Origin: Owenia fusiformis
Taxonomy: Eukaryota
Direction of reading: 5' to 3'
NCBI GenBank assembly: GCA_903813345.2
Contig: CAIIXF020000001.1
Span: 9,238,001-9,302,000 of the forward strand
Length of the DNA: 64,000 nt
In this document: positions 13,976 through 28,607 of the stretch, piece after piece
How the letters are laid out: each line of letters begins with the position of its first letter
Position numbering within the stretch: the stretch's first letter is position 1
Program-made: the position numbers and the translations under genes
Notes under the pieces: generated by a model
The model's database searches: none
The model's input: only the letters and a program-made list of their open reading frames with translations
Told to the model about the DNA's origin: nothing

Positions 13976-16010
13976 ATTTGGTTAAATTTTTTCTGAGATC
14001 AAGGTCTTCATCACAATTAAGAAATAACATGACAGAACCCCTTTCCCCATGGCAATAACATAAAACAAATAGAAAAAGCTTCTGGGACTGGAAGAACACA
14101 TATGTATATATCTAAATGTAAATGAGCAACCATGTAAATTAGAAGCCAGCTCTCATGAAGCATAATCAACTAGTGAATGACTGACATTTAGCAGACTAGG
14201 ATTTCTTACCAAATTAGGCACGTTAGTAAAAGAACAGATAATCAATATTTGTTCCTCGCTGATTATGCTGATGGCTGATACCCAATAACAATGAGAGGGC
14301 TTGGAGCCTCAGGAACAAACACAGGGAGAGTTTGATGAGACATCATACATGTATAACCCGGACGAATTACACAGAGGCAAATAGTAAAGATCTCAGTGGC
14401 ACTTATCTTGATGAAGAGTCTCATGCTCTATTTGAATCTGATGCAGAGGCTGGGTATACTGATACTCTAACATAGCTTTACGCTTTATAAGAGTTTGGTT
14501 TCATCTTCAAGAGAGCTTTATGTAATTACTACCAGCCTATGGGCTTCAGGGTAATCTACCTTAGTCATCTATTGAAATCCTACACTCCTTCCAAAAACCT
14601 TATAGCAAAATGAATAAATATGAACAAATGTGAAGGCTACTTTTTCTTTGGGCAAATTCCAATGGTACCGATAAAAAGATAGACACCATCCCATCATAGG
14701 ATCTCTGGCAATAGATTATTAGTGACAAAGGAGGGCTTTATTATCTATATTATACGATGTTCAATAATGCAAATGCAAGGAGGTAGTTACCAGTTTCACC
14801 ACCAGGTGGCTCGCTCGGGTCAGATAGCATGGCGGGTATAGTAGAAAGTTCCCTTTAACTTAAATTACATCTGTTTTAGTAGTACTAGTTCAATATTAAT
14901 ATAGCCCTTATGTATCGAATCGTTATGCAAATTAAAGTATGTCCAGTAAAAGAAAATGTTATCTGTCCAATACAAGAAAAGATAATTCACTTTTTGTGAT
15001 TTTGTAACATTAGGTCTATGAGGAATCAACCCGAACAAGAAGTCACATTTTCAAAAAAAATTAAGTTTTCAAAGTTGATAATCAATTTTCGAAACCATAT
15101 TTCTAGATATACTTTTACATGCAGATTTCAAATATGACATCACTTTGTCTGAATTTTGAATATCTAATGACGTAAATCAAGATTATTTCTACTCGCATCT
15201 AGTCTATTGAAACTATGGAACTAAACCTGTATGCTATAGGGAATTGGAATTGGGTGCATCTGTACAACCAACTATTTATGCAATTTCATGAGAGCTTATT
15301 ACGGCTACAGCTGAGTTATGATTGCCTCTTTCTTGCAGAGCACTAAATGGAACAGATGATCTATAAATATTTAGATTTGCCATCCACAATCCAGATGGAT
15401 CCTAAATGTTCCCGACCAGTAATGTTCTGCTCAGGAAACTAATATAAATCATCAATTCCATGGATCAATAAGGTCCCAATAATTAGATGATCCATGGATC
15501 TTATGCTGTATTCATCCAACCAAAAAATTGTATATATCAAGGGTTAGACAAGATATTTTGTTTTTAGAGAGAAGAAAATATAAAACAGACCTGATGAAAA
15601 TAGAGTTTTTGAATTATATCTTAAATAAATACAAGTGTTTAGGATTAGGATTTTGTACCCTGGTGAAGTGAGTCCCATTTTATAAAATAAAATCTGTAGA
15701 TAGTGAACATCTTTAATATATTTATCAGTAATAAGTAGGATATAGAAGTAAGTAGACTTTGTTCCAAGAAATATTGTTTCCAGAATATGAGAGTTATTCA
15801 GTAAGGATTAGGATGGGTGTTCAGTAGGGACAGGTGTTCAATGGAAAGAAATGTGTTCACTTAGACAGGTCTTACTAGCAAAGCAATCATATACACATAC
15901 TCAACCTATAAAAATAAAAAATGAATTGCAAAATTTCTTTTACAGAATAATTATTCAATACCTGCAACCCTTTCTCTCTTACTGGCTGCCACTTGGGAAC
16001 ACTAACTTAA

Positions 16011-18038
16011 AGGGATAATAACCTCAAGTAAAAACTAAGATTCATCAGAATAATAAGTCTATAATCAAAAACATGACCCAGGTATGAGCGACGATCTTCT
16101 TATGCATCGGCAGATATATTGGAATTAATTTTGAGGTATTAGATCTTCACCTGGATTATGGAGGTCGCCATAACCTACCTATGAATATTCATGAGCGGCG
16201 TCACTGCGACTCGACAAATTCCAGCATTTTGATTGGCCCGAAAAATGTGCATGCGCAATTGTAGCGGGGCGGCCACATTGAAAAATATTACGAACTTCTT
16301 AACAAGAAAATGGAGCAATTTGAAGATTTTGACGGTGTATTTGGCATATTGACATACTATAATATGATATCACCTGTTCGAGAAAAACATGACCATGTTC
16401 ACATCAATACTTACAATTCATAGAATTAACTCCCAAAGTGCCAATCAAAACCAAAAACTGACCAACTCGTGAACGTTGGTTACCGACATGACAGGAAAAT
16501 GCGTTAATTTTATGTTGACAATCAATTATCTCTCGATCGTTTTGCTTGAAGATTAAACATATTCGGATCTTTTATTTAATAAAATGACGAATGGCAGATA
16601 TTAATTGGATTTTTGACACGGTTATAAATATAAGGCAGAACTGATAGTGTATTCCCCGTCATGAATGATCGCGATCGATGACGCAAGGTTCGTCATTTCG
16701 ATCACCATGGAGGTGTATTTTTGTTGTATTTACAGTAGACAACAAATAATTTAAATTAGGCTCGTAGACCTAGTATGTTATATTTATTTCACAAATATGG
16801 TATTAAGTTATAAAGCTATTAAAGACATACGATACGATACAATTGAAAAAGTTTTTTCAAAATGGCGTTGACCTAACCGGCACATGGCCTGGTTCAGTTC
16901 TCTTTTTGGGACCGGATTGCTCGCCTTGAATCCGTTTTCTTTGGTTTCTTGTGAGAGAATATGTATGGTATGGCAACTGCCCGAACGACAGTGAGATTCC
17001 ATTGTCGATAACGACAGTGTTATTTCTGTTGCCGATAGCAAACTGTCGTGGGTAAACCCGGAAGTAAAATTGTGTTCAATCTACGCCGTTTGAGGAGAAA
17101 ATCAGCTAAAACAACTTGCCCCGCGTGTCTAGAACCATCATCACTGTAGCGTCTATATAATCAATACTTACTTGAAATTTGTTATTCATTTTTATTCACC
17201 AATCTATTTTGAAGAGCTTTTGAAGAGCGATTTTAGCATTTGAGGCAATCTGCGCCAGTTCCTCTTGATTCGGAATCTAGTTCATGCGCATTAGAATGAA
17301 TAATTTGATTGGCTTAATTCCAAAAACACATGCGCACTTGTAAATTATTTCAAACTACTAGGCATGCGTGAAGAGTTGAAGCAAAAACGAAACTGCTGCA
17401 GATTATCCTACTTATTCGATGGCGGAATTAGAAAATTCTTTATTCAAAATGTTTTCCCGTATTGGGGAGAAAAAACACAACCCCAGGATAGATATAGGAC
17501 GACAAACAAGACAATAATAAGTAGGAATCTTTGATTGTTAAAAGCCGTGCATGAAACTTTTCAGAAACTATAGTAAGTGACACTGTTTTAAATGTGTTCT
17601 ATTCCCCGGGGATTCGGTCCACGACAACGACAGCTGGTTTGAACTGTCGACAGATTTTAATTCTACCGTCACCAGCCGACTGTCGTACTGTCGTTCAGGC
17701 ATTTCTTTTAAAGTCCTTATCCAAAGTCTAGCTCTATCAGTGGAAATATTTGAACAATTTACCGCACAACACATAGGCATTTTCCTTTGTTGTGAATGCT
17801 TTCAAGATGGCGACTCAGGTCGCAGAAACGTCACACTTCCGGTCTACATCCGGGTCTCTGAGGGAAATATGGCGAGCCCCGTCCAACAGACAACTGGGTC
17901 ACTGGGTCAATTTATGATTTTTATTTTCAATATTATACAAAAACTAACACATAACAAGATTTTCAACTTATTGCATTTTATTCAGTAGTATTGTAACTAC
18001 ATATAATGATGATTAGAATACCTGACATTATTTCCGCT
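16011..18038 (-). mobile_element. Possible Kolobok-like DNA transposon derivative with a THAP-domain remnant
   Basis: TTAA at both flanks; AG...CT ends with 14/20 inverted match; CpG-rich interior; MPMCCAVNCSN...LW THAP-like start at 17780. Confidence 0.45.
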
Positions 18039-19213
18039 TTAAAGAGCAATGTAAAAAACAGAGATACATCTGTAACTAATAAATAACCTGACATAAAATG
18101 TAATATCTAACACAAATCTATGAATCACACATTCCCAAGATAAAAATAATTTGTAAAAAGATCCTTTTTGTGGTTTTTCTCATCTTGACCCGTGTTTTGT
18201 GCACCTGGGTAGACTGTAAACAAAGTCCAACTTCTGTTTTGTCTTCATAGCAATAGATTCAACATTGAGGGATGAGATCATTTTGACAGTTTATATAGTT
18301 GAAACAGATCAATTCGTTGTCAAGGTGACCGTTTAATGATTTTACCATATCTTTGCCTGCTGCAGGGCGGAATCCTTAATGAGAACGTAGTGAATTTATT
18401 TTGTTTTGTATTCAGTCCTTGTTTTATAGCAAACGTGTGTGAAGATCTTTCATCCAATTATGTGTACCCATAAAACTATAAAGGCATTGCCTTTTGTTAA
18501 AGGTCATGATCATTATGATAAAATAGAGTTAAATAAATAGGTACAGGCCAGTCCGAAGGATATGCCAGGGGAGGCAACTTTTGCGTGGAGATAGGTTGTA
18601 CCACCGACATACTGCGGAATGCCATAAGGTAGGGGGATATGGGGGCATGCCCCCCAGATAAATTCTGAAATTTAGACCCCTTCTGGTACATTCTGAGCAT
18701 ATCTGAGAGACAAAAACACTATCTTTGTTAACTCTTCTGATGGGCTTGAGAGTATATTATATTGGGAAGGCTTTATCTGAACAACTAAACTGAAAGTTCA
18801 TGTAGTAGAAAAGATGTTCAAGTGGACAAGCTACCATTGATTAGATAACTTATTTTAGCAAGACTGGAAAGCCTTGAGCCATTGTATATGTACTTAAAAT
18901 CAAAACACTGAACAAAAGTTATAATTTGTATAAAACAGGTACACAAGGGTCTCAAAAATGGGGTCTCAAAATCCTGAAATCATTATTTTTCAGATCCTAT
19001 GATTTAAGAACTCTTATATACCTATAATATCAATAGAACCCTCTACTGGAAAATAGAGTAACACATAATTTTAACTGAGTGTACTAGAAATTGCCTGAAG
19101 TGATAATATATATTGCCTTGATACAATAACAGTGCATCTTAATTGTCCTAGATCCAAATAAAATGGCCATTGCCCTCATGCAACTAAATGCAATAACTCC
19201 TCAGGTCTCAGAT

Positions 19214-19585
19214 TACCCTGCGTGCAGAGTCTAGTTAAACTACACTCTGCCTAGTAGAGACCATATTACAGTTTAGTAGCCCCGCCCCCACAACGGGTAC
19301 CGGTGTCAATGTGGGTGAATCACTTTTGACCTACGCGCTGACCTTCCACCAATCAGCGAGCTTGAAGAAACATACGCCAAATGCATTCTAATTAAATATG
19401 CGCATGTCATTGGTCAATTCCAGGCTCAACGATGAAGTCAGAAGGAATGACCATATAAAAAAATGTCGGTCAAATTTGGCCGACGAACACTGATTGGCGC
19501 GGTGAATTCACAGGTTTATTTTAGTTTGAAATAGTGAAGACGAAGCTCTCTTTTAAGAAGTGAAGTCAAACGGATGCAAAGGGTA
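19214..19585 (+). mobile_element. Non-autonomous DNA transposon with TACCCT...AGGGTA ends and 9-bp TSD (AcademH- or Mutator-like)
   Basis: Perfect TSD gtctcagat at 19205..19213 and 19586..19594; near-identical second copy at 25613. Confidence 0.9.
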
Positions 19586-22500
19586 GTCTCAGATCTAAGA
19601 CCTTACCTCTCGTCCTTGATGGAGAAATATAGGTTAGATAATGAAATTCCGCATGAATTATCAGAACTGCTATAAAACATATCATGGTCAAAGTGAGTTA
19701 AATAATATATCATGACGCAGATTTCATAAATCACATTTATTTCTACTCCTTGTGCTCGACTTACTTTTTATTACATTCAAATAGAAGAACTCCAGAGAAA
19801 ATGAATTTTTCTTGGAAATATACAGTGTCAGAATCAAATAGATTTTGACCATGAACTGTGATGATATTTATATATGCATGTAGGAAGGAGGAAATGAAAA
19901 CTGACACCAATATTGTCCCCCATGGGCTTTCTCTTGAATGCATATATCCTTACCATTGCTTCATTAACAAGTAAAAAAAAAAGAAATTTCCATTTTTCTT
20001 CTCGACTTCACATGTACCAAAATATATTCTTATAATATTACATCTCTAGTTCAAAGAAATCACCTTTGGCACTTAGCAGATTCTCAAATATCAAACTTAG
20101 ACTCTCCTTCTTTTCATCTTGAATACTGGCAGAAAAATATATGGATTAGTGAATCTTAAAATATAACATTACATTTTATTTGACAGTTCTGAAAAATGCC
20201 ATCACTGAATTGATCTTGTTTTAATTTCCATGAGATGCAGTCGGAGTAATGATTATTACATCAAACACAATGGTAATATCGTCAGAAATCCTAATATCGT
20301 CAGAAATTGGAAAAAGATAACAAAATACATGATGCAATATGAACTACAGGAAATATCCATATATTTATTTCAGTTTTATCTCTCGTGGAAAGCTCCATTA
20401 ATGCTTCATTATACAATGAAGATATAGTCTTAGACTTGGCTCTGAATAACTAATAAAATGGTCTAGTTTAATCTACAGCTTTCCTCATAAATATAACGTA
20501 ACTGTGATAAAAAGGTATATCTTGAGCCTTTAGACAGAGCCCTGAGATAAGACGTAAATGAGATCTTTTGTGAACGTACATTCTGATACTCACAGGATTC
20601 TGTCTGGAAGGGGATATGATGAGTACCACAGAGGTGAAGGTGGCGAAGGTATATGCCAAATAAAAAATTTAGTGTTCCTTGTAACTGTATGCTCTCTCTG
20701 TACTCCTGTAGATATTGACAATTATACCATGGTCAGAGCAATATTTATCAGGTTATAATAGCATATGATATATCACATATTTGGGATCAGGACAGACATC
20801 AGGATGATATTGAGATCAGTGGGATGATATGCATATCAACCCGATATTAGTCCCCAGTATAGGGTACTCCCGGGAAAATTGACCTTAGATTTAAGATGCA
20901 TTTATCGTTTTCTCATCTTACAGATGGTTTTTGAAGTACATGTAGATACATATTGCTCTTGACCATGGTATAAGGTTATTATTCACCTGATGGCCCAACG
21001 GGATGGGGATCCAACGGATATCAATATTTCCCTCGGTCACTGCATATTGATATCTACCATAGAGAGAGCACTGGGTAACAACGATAGATTTATAAATCCA
21101 AGCTTAGACTATTCTGGTAATGTACCCTTAGCCAATCAGAGGCATAGGATCAGAGTAACCCGATGATATGATTAAAAATGAAACCCGTCAATTGATGATC
21201 AAAGGCATTGCAGAAATGGCACGTTAATTGTATTTTGATTACATCAAGTCACTCTAACTCGCATTCAACCATGTCAATTTCAATCATTATATAACGCGAA
21301 CTAAAATAAAACTGATATATGCAACTATTGCATGCTTAAGTACTAGACTGAATATATTGGGGCACAAAAAATCTACTTTTTTACCACTGTACATTCATGT
21401 AGTATATTATATCACAAAATCAACACAAGTTACATAGATCACAAAAATACAAAAATATAAGAGTTACATGTAATACTATGCTTCATATTAGAATTCCTCA
21501 GTGGTAACGTCATTAACACTAAAAACAGTACCTAAATGCAGAAAGCTATAAAGTAACGATCCAACGAAGCTCTCTGTGAATTGAACTGATCATAAAAAGT
21601 GATGACATAAAATGGAAGCTTCATTAGTCTCTTCTGGTCATTCATCACACTTGATCATCCTGGTGGAATAATGGAGAAAAATGAAGTAAAGACAACGCAA
21701 GCGATAAAGAAACAATTCCATCATAACATGATCTTATCTATCAGTGCCTTGAGAGAATAGTTCTATGGAAACCCCATCTGGTACATTTGGTATTGAATCC
21801 CGATAATATATCTCAATAATATACCCGGTCTGTTAAATCCCAGTGCCCATAAGTAATTATAGTTTTGAGTGTGGTCAAATCAACTTGTATTGTCCAAACT
21901 TTGTGGTTGTACATAACCCATACTTCAATTTTCTCCAATTGTGATACAATAGATATTAAAATCTAAATACTGTAATAAGCTAGTGCAGAGTGACATACCA
22001 TGAAAAGTTCTTGCTCAGTTCACCATCTGTTTAGTTTTACTTTCCCTGACTGTATCTGATATGCTGCCACAATGGATGCATTTCAATGAATATAAAGAGA
22101 TATGTTGGTTTTAGCTTACTGATGAGGCAGGTTGGGATCTAAAGGTTATCTCTGTTTCCACCAGGTCTAGTTCCCCTATTTTACTAAGTATTAACATCTA
22201 CTAACATAATGTGCAATTTATGCAAAATGTATTAATGATATTTTGAGCTGATGAACCAGTTCCCACATTAACACAGATACATTTGTATGCTAAATATGAT
22301 AATTACACATACTGTAAAACCTGTAACACCTCTCTCGAGTGAATACCTCTCTCTAGTGAACACCCTTCTTCCGCACACTCTATACTGACTTCTGTATAAA
22401 TTACCCTCTCTGTGAACACCTACCAACACTGAACTTTTTTCTTGGCAAAAAGATGTTCAATGTATACAAGTTTTTCTGTATATAACATTTCATATTTATA

Positions 22501-25500
22501 GCCAATGTTGCAGACTATTATGTAGTCTTGAATTAAGTTTCTTGGGTTGGGTGTCATGAAGGATTGAAGCAAACCTAACATTCATATGATATTTTTAATA
22601 TACTCATGAAATATAACCATTATTACCTGACATGTCCAAATTGAACTATGGACCTCTAGGCTGATACCTGGATGCATACAATGTCTGGTCTAGACATTTG
22701 GTCTGTTCTATTAATCCATTAGGTTTATCCCTATTAACATCAACATTAATTTGCCAAGTGCTCCCAAGATATAGCCCAGTGTTACCATGATCACGTAACC
22801 CTAATACAAGCTCTATAAAATGTCACATTTGGGAAAATTGGTTTGCCTCATGCTTATATGAGTACTTTTGTTCCAAAGGCTCAAAATTAATGCATTCTGA
22901 TCTATCAAGCCCTCTCTAGCATTGCAGAGGAATTTTCTATTGTTGCTCACCACTGGGTCAAGAGAGGTAGTAACAACTGAGACCTTGTGAATCAAGATAG
23001 GAATTTTTTGTAGTGTAAGAGAGTAAGAGCTGAAGATATTATAATTACTAATTGACTGTAGCACTGAACATATTCAAGCAATATCAATGTTATTGTTCCA
23101 GGCTCAAATCATCATGATTTGAGGACAGGTGGACATATTAGACTAATCCACCATCTTGGACTTTTAAGGTATCAAGTCTTCATATGACAGAACTGTACAT
23201 GGTAAGCAATACAACTCACTGAGATGAATGTAAACCAACATCAAACCTGAGCCATTTAGCAAAACTGTTAAAGCCCCATAAACAGGCCATCATCATCATC
23301 ATTAGCACTCTATTCAATTCATAATATTATCCATGCTAATAACTGTTAGGTATCTACATGACAGATTTACCAGAATAAAGGTATAATATACTGGGTCAAA
23401 TATAAAATAATTTTGAATTTTTTACCTTTATTCACATGCTTATAGTGAAAATGTTTGATTATCACAGTCTGCCTTTGATTCAATATTACAGTAAAAATAT
23501 AAACTATGATGTCATGATTTTTTCCATGGTAACAGAGTTCATAGCTCATGTTCATAGCTTAAGAGCAACATACCTGGTTAGATTGTTTTTACCTATGAAG
23601 AACTTGAAATTACTGACTAAAGGACCCTTTTCAATAGAATAGCCATAACTTATATCATGGGCTTAGATAAAAGATGATCCAGCAAAGTCAATTCATATTT
23701 ATTTACATTGTATATGCATATTTTTATCAGTTTTACTTGCAGTAGCCTATATCAATTCTAATATAGTCTCAAAACTTATATCACTATTTGTCTGCTCATG
23801 ATTCAAATAACTGGTTCATGATCAATAGTTTACCTACCTCAAACAACATATCTTTTAACAATTGACCAATTCAAATAGCACAACCTTTAAGTAAGATGAC
23901 ATAATAATATCATATCTCAGCTTGATAGTGTTTTGATTTCAGTATATAATTCAGATATTCTTACAATAGAGAACAGCACTTTCAGATCAATACACAAAAA
24001 TATAACATATTCAACCTTTATAATACTCTCACCCCACGATAAAACCTTTATAAATTCAGATGGGCTGATGATCAGTTTGATTATGGCGATCAATATCGCT
24101 GTTGATAGAGCAAGGAAACCTACCCTAGACCTATTGTAACAAAACAATGCTCCACAATTACTATAAAAACAGAGACATCACACCATATTTTCTACGCACT
24201 ATGTATCCTATTTCAGACAAAAAATATGATTGTTAATTAAATGTTTCAGAAATTCAAGCAGACAGGGATGATCTGAAAAAGTAAGTTGATAGGATAAGTT
24301 TATTTTTAGATAAAAATTAAAATAATTTCTGTGATATAACAAATGTGGTTTTAAATAATTTGGGTATATATGTGACTGCATGATATATTTTGCACAGGAT
24401 TCTGTTGTTTCACCTGTCCATATAATTTGTTCAACATGAAATGTACAAATATAGCTTTTTGACATCAACTTTTTAAACATATCAGATTTAAGTTGAGTTT
24501 TAATATGCATGTATGGGATAAAGTTTATAGACATATTAGACATGCCAGAGTATCATGATGAAGCATCATTTCTATGTTTATCTTTCTCATATCTCAAAAA
24601 TTTGTTCATCTAAAAATAAAGATGAATTTCATTCAAATGAATGAATGAAAATACAAACATCAACATCTTTAATGAATCATGATTTAAACTAGGTGAATCA
24701 CCTTCCCATTTAACAGGAATGATCTTCAAATATGAACAAGGCAAACATTTCACAACTCATTCATTCATTTCTTAAGAGATAGCTTAAACTAGTTAGTTTA
24801 GAACTAAATTCTATGCTCAGGGTAACATTTCGAAATAACACAAAAGGCAATAACATGCAAAATATCACCACCTGCCATTTGTTACAAAATGCAAGCTGCT
24901 GAATACCAAACAGCAAATGCTGATCACCATCCCAAAAAAAGTTGGAGACTATAACAATATGTCACCACTCCTGGTAGTGATATAAAACCAACAAATAGTC
25001 ATGTATAAAGCCCCTTTAGCCCCCCCCCCCAACATTCTTACACAGGTGTTAGGATCGTTCTCTGTCTGTTTAAGAGAAAATGAGAAGGGAGGTTAATAAG
25101 GGGCCTGATACAAAACAAAAAAGCAAACGCTATAATGAAAGATATGATAATGGGGAATTTATCAGTTGTTGGTATTAGTAGCCCCCATGGACTCATAATA
25201 TAAGATGTTGCTTATCAAACTTTCTCCCAAGTTGCTCACCAAGCAATCTCATGCACATGTAGTATGTAATGTACTAGTACTTGTTCTCTAATCATTTACC
25301 TACTGGTTGATATGATTATAAGCCTGATCAGGTCACATATTGTTGAGGGCATAGGAGATAAGAGCACTTTGGACACTGGACTGACACTCTTCACTCACTG
25401 GACGGACATTATAAACATATACTGTAGATATAACTGCAGTATATGCTAAAGTATGAACATGATCACCATAATGGGACATATTTCTTTGGTAGATATGGGG

Positions 25501-25612
25501 ATGAGGAAAAAAGATTTCAAGGCCCAATATCTGCTTTGCAAAAACTGGCCATACTAGGCATTATTCTTGGGCAAATTTTTTCCCGCTTGTGCCCCCCCCT
25601 CCTCTCGATTTT

Positions 25613-25989
25613 TACCCTGCGTGCAGAGTCTAGTTAAACTACACTCTGCCTAGTAGAGACCATATTACAGTTTAGTAGCCCCGTCCCCACGACGGGTACG
25701 GTGGCAGTTTGGGTAATAAATCACTTCTGACCTACGCGCTGACCTTTCTTCCACCAATCAGCAAGCTTGAAGAAACATACGCCAAATGCGTTCTAATTAA
25801 ATATGCGCGTGTCATTGGTCAATTCCGGGCTCAACGATGATGTCAGAAGGAATGACCATATATAGAACGTCGGTCAAATTTGGCCAACGAACACTGATTG
25901 GCGCGGTGAGTTCACAGGTTTATTTTAGTTTGAAAGAGTGAAGACGAAGCTCTCTTTTAAGAAGTGAAGTCAAACGAATACAAAGGGTA
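25613..25989 (+). mobile_element. Second copy of the 9-bp-TSD element
   Basis: Perfect TSD ctcgatttt at 25604..25612 and 25990..25998. Confidence 0.9.
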
Positions 25990-27681
25990 CTCGATTTTCA
26001 GGTCTGTTGCGATATTTATAAATAAATGAAAATGTTCAATACCTCATTTTGGATATCATATATAAGGCTGCCTTATTATCAGCACCAACTAATAACTCAT
26101 ACTGATACTGTTATGCTGAATTGTGGTAAGCCACACAATTTGAAACTATTTGGAGGCGGGAGAAAGATGCAATGGGTATCAGAATAGTATCCCCTTGAGT
26201 CATCACGCTTTGAGAGTAAACCTGGAAACTGGAGATGAAGCGAAACCATCAACAAATTATTAACTCCAGTCTTGCTCATCTTGACTTGTCTGTATCATTT
26301 CCGATAGCAGGTATAAAACACTATACGAATCTATGCTTCTATGCATAAAACAAGCATAAATAGTCAGACTGGTCTAAATAGAACCGATGAAACCTTTATT
26401 CATATTAATCATAAATTGAAACTTAGTCATAATTTGAAAAGTGAAAACTGTACAGTTGCATGAGAGTTAAGTACTGGTATCATTCCTCTTGGATCTCTCA
26501 AAGATTTCTTAAAGATGTCACAATGTCTACTTTTCACTCAATTAGATTATCTCAATGTGTGTAAGAAATAAGTTGGGAGCAGGTTATTAAATTTTTGGTA
26601 TGTCTGGTAATCAGCCAAACTTGATTTGGAGGAGACAAGATACATTTGTGTTTTTCAATGATTTGAATATGATTTGTCCACTGGCTCATAATATAAAGAC
26701 ATCAGAGTCAGACTAACTGTGTTAGTGCCATATTTTAGTAACTGCCAAAACGCATAGTCAAGGGTATGGCACTGGCCCTCAGTATATAGTACTATGATTA
26801 ATTGGAAGATGGGGAAGTGAACAATAGAGTCTAGATAATGTTTCATATTCCTAAAGGTTCTTCTATTTAGTATGTTGAACAGATTACAAAATGTGGAACA
26901 TCTTAAAACAAAATACAACCGTTTACTACCAGTTTTCATTATTCACCTCATGCTATGAAATGACAGAAGATGCAAAAATAATGATCTCATTGGTAGATGC
27001 TTCATGATTTCTCCATCCAGGACTCCACAGATTTGATTCATTATTTCTAATAAAATTACAACTGGACACATATTGTGTGAGATGAAGAATGATGGCCATG
27101 ATTAGACCAGCATAATCAAGTTAAAACTCTGCAATACTACTGCATGACACACAGGTCATGTTCATACAACACAGAAAAGATAACAACAAAGATATGCAAG
27201 GAAAACGTCAATGTGTGTTGTACAGGGGAGAAAATATCATTCATTAAGACACAAGAATTAGAATTCAGAGAATGATGTTGAAATATCGATGTGGAATTTG
27301 TGCATAATAAAGGATTAGGGAAGGGACTACTGGTCAGTTTTCCATCACAATTCAATTTCGTTTAAAATTGCTAACATGATCGGAAAAACATGCAATCAAA
27401 TGAATCTTCTAATAAAAATCTACATTTTGATTTCTCTAGTGAGTGGTTTAAGAGATTATGAGACACCATTTAGCTAAAAGAACTGGGAATTTGATTTCAA
27501 GAATTGGATTATGTTTTTCTAGCTAGAGCTTCTGCACCATGAGACGATTTCTGTCTTTCAGATTGACTAGTATTTCCTGTTTATTTATTATGAACACATG
27601 AACACACATGGCTTAGAGTTGTTGTTAACATTGTTTCAGGAATTGCAGAGTCACATCTACAGGGGTTGCATGTAGTATTGC

Positions 27682-27769
27682 CAGTCTTGCTTCAAGACGG
27701 TAGACTTCTACTTCACCAACAAAGTTGGGGAGGGGGGGGGGACTCACAAGGGCTTAGTTAGCTAGACTA
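27682..27769. mobile_element. Tiny 88-bp element with 9-bp TSD
   Basis: TSD tagtattgc on both sides; ends cagtcttgc / gctagacta. Confidence 0.65.
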
Positions 27770-27911
27770 TAGTATTGCCTGAAGAAACAATATTGCTTCA
27801 ATTATCCCGTACAGGCATTTCACTTCACTTAACATGTTATTTGGTCATTCCGGCCGCTAGATATAAAATTCACTAGGCAATCTGGTAAGGTCTTTTCAAT
27901 TTGTAACTTAA

Positions 27912-28607
27912 CCTTTACCATGCTGCCTTATTTCAGCAAATATATCCCACGCAACTGGCTTATTTTTCAAAGAGTGCAAAAAATGATATGCCTGGACTAA
28001 ATAATTAATATCTCAATAACTACTGAATGAATCTGGATAAAATTTTCACAAAGGGAAGATACAGTGGCCTGGCTCATGAAAAAAAATGTTCTCATGAATT
28101 TTTTCGTACATTAACACGACTGGGCATAAATATACCATGAATACTCCTCCGGAATCCGCCGCTCCGCCCCTTCGTCTGGTCAGAATCCAAATCTGAATTT
28201 GCAGCGATCGAAATGTTCAATTTTTCAATTCAGAAAATATTCTAGTTTCTATTTTCGATGACCGTTATCGGCTTCCAAGAGCCTAAAGAGCTCGAAATCG
28301 TAATCTATTTCCTCCACATTTTCGTTGTGATCGTATTTGTCCACCATTTTGTACGATTCGTTCACTAAAAACGACTAAAACACTGTTTAAATTGTTGAAT
28401 TGAGAATTATTTTTCGAAATATCGCCATTTCTAGGTCAACAGGAAGTCATGTTAGGCACTGCATAAATCGGGCAATCTAATTGGACAATACGAATGGCGC
28501 GAAAAAGTAAAGTTTTTAAAAGTTTGAAATCGGGCGTATGGGTCCGCCGGCAGTTGTGAGAGACATTTTAGTCTCGGCGGACGCGTCCGCCGGCAGCACG
28601 CTAAAGG
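27912..28607. mobile_element. Non-autonomous piggyBac-like element
   Basis: TTAA TSDs; TIR cctttaccatgctgcc versus cctttagcgtgctgcc; CpG-rich interior; subterminal palindrome cggcggacgcgtccgccg. Confidence 0.85.

Noticed and set aside
14290-14475. Purine-rich stretch that looks like decayed coding sequence
   Set aside because: Reading frames are interrupted by stops and I recognise no motif.
23917-24147. Overlapping ORFs with faint LINE RT-like wording (EYVIFLCIDLK)
   Set aside because: Similarity too weak to call by eye.
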